Below are positions 54,451 to 64,000 of a stretch of DNA of 64,000 bases, piece by piece; position 1 is the stretch's first letter; every line of letters starts with the position of its first letter. The stretch is taken from assembly GCA_026770705.1 (NCBI GenBank), contig JANJGN010000034.1, positions 4,092,001 through 4,156,000 on the forward strand. Reading direction: 5' to 3'. The notes beneath the pieces were generated by a model. The model searched no databases, had not been told where the DNA came from, and saw only the letters and a program-made list of their open reading frames with translations. The translations under genes were made by a program, and so were the position numbers. Origin of the DNA: Isurus oxyrinchus (lineage: Eukaryota).

Positions 54451-57400
54451 GATTATTTATTAGCCTGCCTTAAAGCCTGGAGTTGCACAAAGACAGACTT
54501 CAATTGGAGAGACAGCCACCCATGCTTTTGTGGGATAGCACATGGACTTGAAATATAATTTTCCTCTTTGAAAGGTCTGAAGTGTCTATTGTTTGCTATC
54601 CTAGGTGACACCTGCAGGGTAACATAGTAGAACACGAGCCCTGGCAGAAATGAACAAAACTACAAGCGTCAAAGGCTGCAAGGGAATTTTGAATGTCAGC
54701 AATGATCGGCAGGGACATTGTGAAGGCAATCTATCTTGTGTAATGGAAAATGAGACCCTATAGCACCTCTCTGATAAACAAGTGGAAATCTGCATTTGCT
54801 GAGGAAAGAATGCTCAGTAATATCTACTTAATTTATAAATTAAGGATGTCACTCAACCTTACATGAAACTTTAGTTTATATGCTACAGGCAAAATACAAT
54901 AATAGAAATTATGAAAAAGACAGCACCTTATTGGAAATTGCACTCTCAGTCAGCGTTGCTCCATGCAACGGTGCTGATGCGGGTTCATTCTGACACTCCA
55001 AAGCCAGGAATGCAGGCGGCAAGCACTAAATGGACATTAATTTCTAGAAAAACTGAACATTATTAAGTTTCAAATACCCGTATCTCAAATATGCTGTTTG
55101 AGCAATGCTTGATTTTTCATCATAAATATTCAGGGCAGTCTAGAGAACAGCCGCTATTGCATCTGCTGGAAATTCTCCAATTGCCTGCATTTGAAATACA
55201 AAGGACGCATGAATAACAAATTGATGAAAATCCAACTGTGATGAGATGATTAATGATGTTTATTAAATTACTCATTTTGATTTTTACATCAATTGAAAGA
55301 GCTGTTTTTGATGGTGCAATGACGTTTTCACACGCTAACGGTGACAAATATTTGATTGGAATGCATACAGTCTGCACTCATATTAGGACAGTGCAAGGAC
55401 CAAATACTTAGCAATAGCAGATACCCAGAATGTGAACGAAGTACATCAAGCCTGCATCGAAATGTTTCCCCATTGAATTGCAATTACCCTGGATTCAGAA
55501 TGCCTTGATTTTGAACAAGAAATTCCACGTGTCAAAAGCCATTATTACGCTTCCACACTAATTGAGGTTACAATGCCTCTAAGCCTTTGAGTCCTTGGAC
55601 AATTTGGTTCTAACCTATTTTTTTTTCCTGGTTGAAGACGAGTTTCCGTTTAATGATAACATTATCTCACAAAATATTTCTAATATCCGTGCACCATGCT
55701 ACATTGGCAACGCCAGTAACTAATAATTTTGCAAACAACTGATCATCTGAACAAATACAGCACTAGAATTGTTCGGTGTGTTATGTTGATTGATGACAAT
55801 CGTGCAAGCCCTTTGTGAAGGTACAACTCATTAGGAATCCCATTCACAATAATTTGAAGTTGTTTGTCTTCTTTCATGAATGTATAACAGCAAGCAAGGC
55901 CACTGTACAGGAACATTTCCAAGGTTTGGCATATGCCAAACGCTGCCTTAGCAAAAATATAACGTAATTAACAGTATTAAATCTGTTCAAATACTGATGG
56001 TTCCAAATATTCTTCTAAAGACTAGTCAAGTTGATGAAGCATTATGACTTTGAAACGTTTCTGACAAAAATTGTGTCCTTGAAGAGCGCAAACCTTGTTT
56101 AATCTGCATGAATGCCTTCTAGCTGTCTCTGTGAATGTCGGCTTTACATGTTGCCAAGGTAGAGTTGAGATATGCGTACATTGTCTGTTTGATGTGGTTA
56201 TTAACAAGTGTACTGTTAACCCTCACAGAACTGGCAAAAAGCCAGGAAGGTAATGTTTTATTTTTATCTTTTTCCATGGCTATGCAAATGATTTTTGAGC
56301 AGACCGTCTCGTCTTATTGATAGCCCGAATCAGAGGGAGAAAGAGAGAGAGAGAGAGAAAGAAGAGAAGTAATTCCAGGAAGTGATGTTACCGTTGGGAG
56401 ACGCAAATGCTAGCCGTGCTGCCTTTTAGACATTTAGCTTAATCTCTTCATGTGCAATTGGACAAAACACTGAGTGACATGTCAGCAAAGCATGTTGCCC
56501 CGTTGTTTGGATTTGTCGGAGCATTGGCGATTGTTGAGTCGAGGACTGCCTTGAAGAGAAATATATTTTCTATACCTTTTGTCCATTCAGAGCTAATGAA
56601 GAAGGGAGAAGGCAAGGGTAAGCTTCAAGTCTCATTTAATTCGCTTCAACCATCTTTATGATCCTCCAGCATTTTAAGCTTTTGGGATGTTGACCATCTC
56701 GTTTCTGACATTACATTCATGTGTTCTTATACTGAAACAAAGACTTAATTTGCTGTTAATGGAACATCTTCAAGTAATTCCAAAACATCAAATTCTTATC
56801 GTTCATTCGAACTGCGAGAAATAACAGCAGAGACAAACAACTAGTCACTTGCACAAATATTTGCACGAGGTGACTTAATTCGTATATTGATAGAAGCAGA
56901 TTGGTAATATCCTGTTTATCTGAAGCACATGCAGGAGAAGTTTATTATGGTAAAAGAAAAACACAAGTGATGGGTAAAATGTGGAGCTAAAACAACATAT
57001 GTGTTAGAATTTCAGCAGGTCCGACAGCACCTGGGAGAGAGAAACTGAATTAACGTTACGAGTCAGTGCAAATCTTCATCAGAGCAGTTGATGAGGCTGT
57101 GTGTCTTCATTAATGATTCTATTACAGCAAACAACACCTCTGTATCAAAATCTAATCAACATTTCTATATATCAAATGTTCATTATTGGAAGCATAGTGT
57201 AACATTCATTGCTAAAGATATTGTGGAGCTGATGAATCTGCAGTTTCTTCCGACCACTTTCTTCAAGTTGAATACACAAGTCCTTAGAAGTAATTCTAAC
57301 TGAAACAGTGTCCTTGTAGAGCGACATATTTATCACGTCTACACCAAATAGCTTGAAGCCGTGTCTGTGGAAACCTGCTCAACATTTAACGGCCTGAGAT

Positions 57401-58069
57401 CTCGAACAGTGGATTGCAAATATCGTTTTGTTTTCGGGATTATTAGGATATTCACAAGGATGCTGTTAACTTCTGACAGAACTGACAAAATACCAAAAGG
57501 CTGAGGCAGTAGCTTTGTTTTAGCTTTTCTATTTAATTGATATTGGAGCAAGGAATATGGTATTAGTGAGTAAGAGAGAGAATGTCAGGGAGAGGCAGAG
57601 TGAGTATGTGTTGTATGTGTGTTTATCAGAGAGCAAGAGAGGGAGAAGGTGAGAGAGAGGGTGAGAGAGAAAGAAAGGAAAAGATCCATCCTCGCAATGA
57701 ATAACCAGCTGGCAGACGCATATATGTGCCTGTTGGTTTTCATCGAGTTCTCTTCATGAACAATTCAGCTTCACACCTTCTCAAACCAGTGCCCCATGCA
57801 TGCTTATGTGATGATGCTGTGGTAATATTTCAATCGAGGAGGAACCTGCAGAGAAATACCATTCGTTTTATTTTTAACCAGTCAGAGCTAAAGAAGATTC
57901 GAGATGGTAACAACATCATTTTTTTTTTCTTTTTCATAAAGAATGCAATATACAAGGTAAGTGAACAAGCTGTTGCAGAATCTAACAATGCTCAAGTTGC
58001 CAAAATAACTTCCAGTATCCATTATGTCAGAGGCCAAAGGCAACAAACTTTCTCATTGTAATGATTAGC

Positions 58070-58550
58070 CATTTGCTTGTGGAAAGCTTGAGTGCTTCTG
58101 AAAGAGCATATATGTCTTTGTTTTTCCTGTTGCATTCATCAGGACACTCACAGAAGTACCAGATTTAGGCGGGTGGATGGGGGAGGGGGGGGCGTGGGGG
58201 CAGTGGGGGTGGAGTAGGGAGGAATTTGCACGTTACTCTCTCAATTAAGTCAGTGCTGATTTGTTGCAAGTGGCAAAGCCATGAAGGTTGCGCCACTAAT
58301 CGTGAATGACAGTTATATTCAAAGCAATGCTTGGAAATTAAACGAGGCAGCTTGCCCCGAAATTGGCAATGCATCGCCATGAAGAATGAGTCATGTTTTA
58401 TGTGAAACTAATGCAATGTATGAACACCTATTCATGATTGCAAAGAGCAGGGACTGGTACCTTTAAAAATATGCTTTCAAGTAAACGCAAGTGTGCCAGC
58501 TTGCAAGCTCGACTGATAGGGTGATTCAATATCGTATTGGCATTGTCGCT
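58070..58550 (-). mobile_element. Old Penelope-like element, 3' part (split by CR1)
   Basis: 'ttcatcaggacactc' at ~58135; homologous to 5871-6300 and 53015-53450. Confidence 0.7.
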
Positions 58551-58559
58551 CATCTAGAA

Positions 58560-60596
58560 ATCCAAAAAACTGATTTCGCATCCTACAGCTGGAATTTGAA
58601 TTGTAGAAAGAGTTGGAGTTCTGCAGGCAGTTTTGCCGATTGTTTTAAAAAAAAACAATGTGTTTCAGTAATGCCTTTTAGTGAAGGAAAACTGTTGCCC
58701 TTACCTAAACTTGGCTCCACAGCAATTTTGTTGACTCTTAAAAGCCCTGTGAAATGACCTCAGCTGTAACAAAGTGCTACAAAGACAGGGATGTCCACCC
58801 ACCACGACGACTGACAGATTCGTAAACAGTCCGGAGTGGGCTGACCTTTGACTCTTCAACATCGAAACCTGACCCCATGACATCAGCATAAAGATGAGTA
58901 TGGAAATCACTTCGGGGAAGCACTGAGCATGGCACGGGGATGAATATTCTATGCATGGGAGACATCAATATCCATCACCAAGAGTGGCTCAGTTGCAATA
59001 CTGCTGGCCGAGTTCTAAATGGCATAATTAGATTCAGTATGCGATAAATTGTGTGAGGGTAAACATTCTTGACCCCATCCTCACCAACCTGCAAGCCATA
59101 GATTAATCTATTCATGACTGTATCGATGGGAGTGAACACCTTGCAGTTAAGTTGAAGACATTGGCCCGACTTCACATTGAGCATACCCTCCATCGTGTTG
59201 TGAGGAGCTACGACGATGCTAAATGTTGTAGATTTAGAAGGGGAATAACAACTCAAGTCTGGGCCTGAGGTGCTGTGTGCCACCAGCAGCAGGCGAGCTG
59301 TACTCGAACATGGTGTGCAGCCTCATGGCTGGGCATGTCCCCCACTCTTGCATAACCATCAAGCTGAGGGATCAACCCTGGTTCAAGGCAGTAGTGCATA
59401 CCAGGAGCAGCACAAGGTATACCAAAAATGAAGTGTCAAACTGCTGAATTATACTGAAAGGACCACTTGTGTGACCAATAGCATCAGCAGCAGGTTATTC
59501 ACAGCGCAAACGTGATGCAACAATCAACAGATCAGATCACATCTAGCCGTGAATGGTGCTGGACAATTTAACAACTCACTGGAGGAGCTCGGTTCAGAAA
59601 AATTCCCATCCCCAAAGATAGAGCAGCCGAGCACAGCAGTGCAAAATACATGGCTGAAGCATTCCCAACAATCTTCAGACACAGGTGCCAAGTGGATGCT
59701 GGACGTCCCCAGAATAACAGATGTCAGTCTTCAGCAAAATCGAATCACTCCACGTGATATCAAGAAAGGGCTGAAAGCACTGGATACTGCAAAGTATATG
59801 GGCCTAGACAATATTGTGGCAATAATACTGAAGACCTGTGTTACACATCTTGCCACATCGCTAGCCAAGCTGTTACAATGCAGCTGCTAGACTGGCATCG
59901 ACTACTTTATATGGAAAATTGCCCATGTATGTCTTCTACACAAAAGGAGGACTAATCTAAACCTATCAATTTTTGTCCAATCAGTGCATTCTTCACCACC
60001 AGTAAATTAATGGATGGGGTCATCAACAGTCCTATGAGGGATACCTACTTAGCAATAAACTGCTCAAAATGCTCCATTGTGTTTCGCCAGGACCGCTCAG
60101 TTGCTGTTCCGAATACAGCCTTTGTTCAAACATGGACAAACGAGCTGAAGTCCTGATGTGAAGTGACAGTGGCTTCCTTGAAATTCATGGCGGCATGTGG
60201 CCGCTTGTGGCATCAAGGAGCCTTTGCTAAAGTGGAGAGAATGGGATTCAGGAGAAAAATTCTACGCTGGTTGCAGTCGTATCGAGCCCAAAGAAATGTG
60301 GTTGCAGCTGATAGAGGTCAGTCATCTCAGCACCAGGGCACCACTTCACGTGCTCCTGAGGGTACAGTATGAGGCCCAACCATCTTCAGCTGCATCATCA
60401 AATACTTTCCATCCATCATATGTTCAGAAGATAGGATGTTCACTGATGATTTCACCTTTCTAATTGCACTCTAAGGGTACTTGTACCACATGGAATGCAG
60501 CTGTTCAAGAAAGCAGATCACCACCGCCTTCTCAATGGCAAGTAGGGATGGGCAATAAATGCTGGCCTAGCAAGTGAATCCACACCCCATGAATTA
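58560..60596 (+). mobile_element. Independent longer CR1-type LINE (5' UTR-like region, APE and RT relics, internal deletions)
   Basis: APE relic 'GDINIHHQEWL' at ~58957-58990, ORF 59549 'ITPRDIKKGLKALDTAKYMGLDNI', 'MFTDD' at ~60437 and a CR1-like 3' end. It sits inside an old PLE. Confidence 0.9.
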
Positions 60597-60609
60597 AGTT
60601 AAACTATAT

Positions 60610-61900
60610 TAAATAGTAAATTGGGTGTCAGCATAATTCTTAGCACGCTCAGGATTACTCAGCAACTGTATCGAGTCATGGAGGCACATGTAATGTTGGA
60701 TACTTGTGAGTACGTTTCAGAAACATGATCTTCTTTGGACATGGTTGGTACTGTGCACTGTACGAAGAGTGACTGGGTGGTGTTGTTTGATACGATCCGG
60801 CAATCTTGGGAAATTTTGCCTAGGTACCTAACATTACAATGGCACTGAAGCCCACAACTTAATTTTGTCACATGCAGAACGTCTTTTTGCGTAATGCAGC
60901 ATTCAATTAGGGGCAAAAACCAATCGAGTTGGACTGAGCAGTAGCAGCGTGAAGAAGATAGATTCACATCGCGCTCAATTTGTTTTGATATACCTTGCAC
61001 TTCTAAGGGATTCTGAGGTAGCATGGGTACTATTCATGTAGATAGGTTGCATTCTTTTTACCGTTCATGGGTTTGCGTGACAAAGAGCTCATACTGACCT
61101 GATTACATTAGCCAGTAACTTGCAGAATTGTTTTTATCCTTCTTATTTCAAAATTTAATTTGCATCATGAACAAATATTTCGTGCACCATTTGCAATTTT
61201 GCTGCTGAGACAAACGTTATAGAATATGGAACTCTAATTCTCAATGCAATTAATGAACATTGAATGTATGTTAGCGGTAGACATTGGTAGACAATACCCT
61301 CGCGTCTCTCTCAACTGGAAAGTCAAGGAAAAGGTGATCATCACATTGCTCAATTTAAATGGCTGATTTGAGTGCTACATAGAGGCAATTAAGACATTTA
61401 AGGGAATTTGGCCATGCAACTGCTATTTATCGACAGAATCAACATTTTCCACATATGAAAGGGTTAGGAGATTAGGTGTCATTTCATCCAAGGCATGCTT
61501 CTCATGGAATCCTACAAAGATGTTTGCAAGAGTTGGGCCTCGCGGTGAACCCACAGAAAAAAATAAAAACATCTACTGGGAATATATGTTGTCATTCAAA
61601 CTAAACACAACTGCGGTAGTTGCCAGCTTCATATGGCCAATGAGCAGTGATTGACACAATGGTTGCAGATCCGGATTGCCTTGGTATGTTGCTGGAACCT
61701 ATATTTCTATGTTTTCCTTAAATGGAGAATTAGTGAAAAGGCTAGCTTTGCCAAATGAGCAGATGGACAAAGCATTGCTATCGATATGAAATCATAGATT
61801 GCAAATCTGAAGGAGTCCATGGTTACGTGGAATTAGTGAACAATGAGACTGAACCCCGGCATATATATATATATAACGGGCTAGGCTAGACATGTCTCAG
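60610..61900 (-). mobile_element. Old Penelope-like element, RT/GIY-YIG part
   Basis: ORF 60659-61024 'SRCY...QKDVL..QCHCNVRYLGKISQ', plus 'MDSFRFA' at ~61800-61822 resembling KDSFTFA. Confidence 0.88.
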
Positions 61901-64000
61901 TTTTGTCAGCATTCATAATAATTAATTGCAGGAAATTTATGCTTGTTAATATCCGATGTATCAAACCAACTTAGAAGCATTGCCAAAGCAGAGTGCTATG
62001 AACATGATGTAGTGCTTCATATCGACAACACCAAAGTCGCTGAAGTCACTGTTAATTCATGAAAGATTTTTTCAATAGCAGAGTTTAAGTCAGGTAAGAG
62101 ATTGGGCAAACCATAGATCTAGAGGCAAGAGAGGGAAATAGGCACGACGTTATATTTTGCTCCAAATGGGGTTATGTCTTTGCTCCATATGGATGGCAAT
62201 GAGACAAGTGTTTCACAATGTAGTTCGAGCATAATGGATACTAGTTAATGGTGGGTAATATGTTTAAGGTGGAAAGGACATAATATGTTTTTTTAACCTA
62301 TTTCACAGCAGCATAATGCAATATTAATTGACTTTTTTGTTTTAAGATGCCTTTTAATATGATGCCATATAAGATTAAGTGAGGGCAGGGCTTGGGGCCA
62401 AGAGGTCAAACAAAGGCAGTCCTCGATTGGAGAGGCAGCAACCCAGTTCTTGGTGGAATTCAACAAATTGCGTCGAAATACCATGTTCTGTTTGGAAGGT
62501 ACTGAAGTGTCAAGTGTTTGCACTTCCTCATTAAAACTGTCAAATTGAGATAATAGTGTAGGAAGTGAGATGAGACAGCAACTGACAATATAACGAATCG
62601 CTGTGGCTGGACGGAAAATTGGCAGGTCTGCAACCAACGGCTGCAAGGACATCTCAAAGGCTCTTGTCTTCTGCGATGGAAAATAAGATCATTTAGCATC
62701 CACCGAAAATCAATTAAAATCCAGGTTTGTAGTGAAATGGAAGCTCAGTAATAGCTATATGCTTTAGAGAGTAAAGACGCCAAGGCAGCCTTGCATGGAT
62801 CTTTAGAAGATAAGCTAAAATAAATGTATTTTGACAGACATACCCAGGCAGAGAACAACTTACTGGAAACTGCACAATTGTACAGCGCAGCTTTTTGCTC
62901 CTTAGCACTTGAGGGTTCATTTTGAAGTCACAAAGGCTTGTGCTTCAAGAATATAGATGTCATAGTAGAAATGCACGCAAGTTGCCAGAAACCCAGCTTA
63001 TTGAAAATCTCGCAAACAGGTGTGTAGGTTATGCTGTTTGAGCAGTGTTTGATTTAGCACCATTCAAATTCAGGGCAGTCCAGAGATTAGCAGCGTTGAG
63101 AACACTCGATGCAACAGAAATGTCCCCAGTGCTATCGTTTGGAAAACAAATAATGGAGCATTTTTAAACGGATAAATATCGAGATGTGAGGAGTAGTTTA
63201 AAGTTGTCCATTCAATTAGTCATTTTGATCTATACATGTCATTGAAAGAGCTGTTTCAGATGATTCAATAATACTTTACCTTCTCTGCGATGACACAAAT
63301 TTGAGTGGGACACATGCAGTCCACATTGATGACAAAAACAGTGCCGGTTTGATTGCTTAACAATTGCAAAATCCTCTACGACTGGAATCTGGATTTTTCC
63401 CGTTGAATTACTCTGAATGTCGCCTCAGAATTCCATGCTTTTAAGTAAGAGATTTAAGTTCTCAAACTGCATTTAATTAGCTTCAACTCAGTCCAGTTCA
63501 TCCTGCTCTTAAAATTCTTGATATATTGTCCACCTCTCTTCTTCAGTAAAAATCTATTAGTCCGCCCACAAAGTCGTTGGGATTACACTTGCTGCTATTC
63601 GAATATAACACAAGTTTCAAAGATCCATTCATCACGCTTCATTCGTTACAGTCGTAACGACCAAAACACCCAAACACCTGATAATCTGCCCTAAATATCA
63701 CGAGATAACTTGATACCAGATCCATCTTGATGACAGTCCTTGAATACAGTTAGGAGGATTCATCATATTATCAATAAAATTCAGAAGAATTCGATACCGT
63801 GTTTTCCTTAGTGTATGAATCTGGAACAGCAATCAACGCCAGTGTAACCAAATATTTCCATCGTTTGTGATATGTGAAACGCTGCTGTATTAGAAAGATG
63901 ATTTAATATATATTCTACCGTTACTAAAAGGCTGATGATTCTCGAGATGTTCCCAAACATCTGCAAAGTTGTTGTAGTTCCCTTTATTTGTGAAATACTG

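Larger units (their letters stand above)
1..64000 (+). repeat. Diverged tandem array of a ~3.5 kb monomer (~20 full/partial copies), interrupted by TEs
   Basis: The same motifs recur in the same order and orientation. 'aaacacctgatcatctg' occurs at ~4620, 11195, 12963, 16370, 20985, 28527, 34178, 36318, 42233, 46460, 50733, 55733 and 63672. 'tttggctattcacaa..tgttaactctcacagaactga' occurs at ~1605, 5080, 13425, 15301, 16843, 21321, 23235, 25713, 26270, 28987, 30890, 34645, 36780, 38597, 51212, 56193 and 57443. Each is followed by (GA)n and 'tcagagctaaagaagaagg'. Confidence 0.93.
42030..64000 (+). repeat. Higher-order repeat B (~4-5 kb, marked by shared PLE insertions)
   Basis: Homologous starts lie at ~42060, 46300, 51600 and 56670. 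Each has the same ~135-nt PLE terminal fragment and the same old PLE downstream of the micro-exon. Confidence 0.8.

Noticed and set aside
62293-62652. Tc1 transposase-like 'STKNW...WPQALPSLNLIWHHIKR'
   Set aside because: Spacing is wrong, sister copies do not support it, and no DDE upstream motif or TIRs were seen.
278-62920. ORF-track ORFs as genes (e.g. 7025-7630, 8062-8598, 38686-39102)
   Set aside because: They are off-frame or antisense readings of PLE/CR1 or microsatellite-derived low complexity. Homologous copies are full of stops and frameshifts.
1-64000. CRISPR array or prokaryotic defence system; miR-430-like cluster; piRNA-cluster strand bias
   Set aside because: There are no short regularly spaced repeats or operons. 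AAGTGCT seeds are not periodic. The uniform TE orientation follows from duplication of a few insertions and is not independent evidence.

Overview
This is eukaryotic, repeat-dominated DNA. The CR1 LINE and Penelope-like element (PLE) families resemble those of cartilaginous fishes, probably a shark (inference). I found no intact protein-coding gene, rRNA, tRNA gene or CRISPR array; the ORF track consists of transposon fragments and chance ORFs. Almost the whole 64 kb is a head-to-tail, same-orientation array of roughly 20 full or partial copies of one strongly diverged ~3.5 kb monomer that I do not recognise as a known repeat. The array has three blocks: older monomers (1-11.7 kb), a ~7.8 kb higher-order repeat carrying a shared CR1 insertion (11.7-42 kb), and a ~4-5 kb higher-order repeat carrying shared PLE insertions (42-64 kb). 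Across copies the monomer keeps what looks like a fossil + strand gene skeleton: a hydrophobic leader-like segment ending in a phase-1 donor (consensus ~IWLFTNVLLTLTELTKCQE|GTAA), a (GA)n intron, a 21-nt AG/GT-flanked micro-exon (ELKKKGE-like), a branch-point/acceptor and a ~340-nt segment with faint V-type Ig features. The best hypothesis is a decayed tandem cluster of cell-surface receptor genes, but the family is unproven. Also present are nested PLEs with hammerhead-ribozyme-like motifs, a tRNA-derived SINE, an interstitial telomeric tract and a 208-N assembly gap. All alignments and boundaries were read by eye and are approximate.
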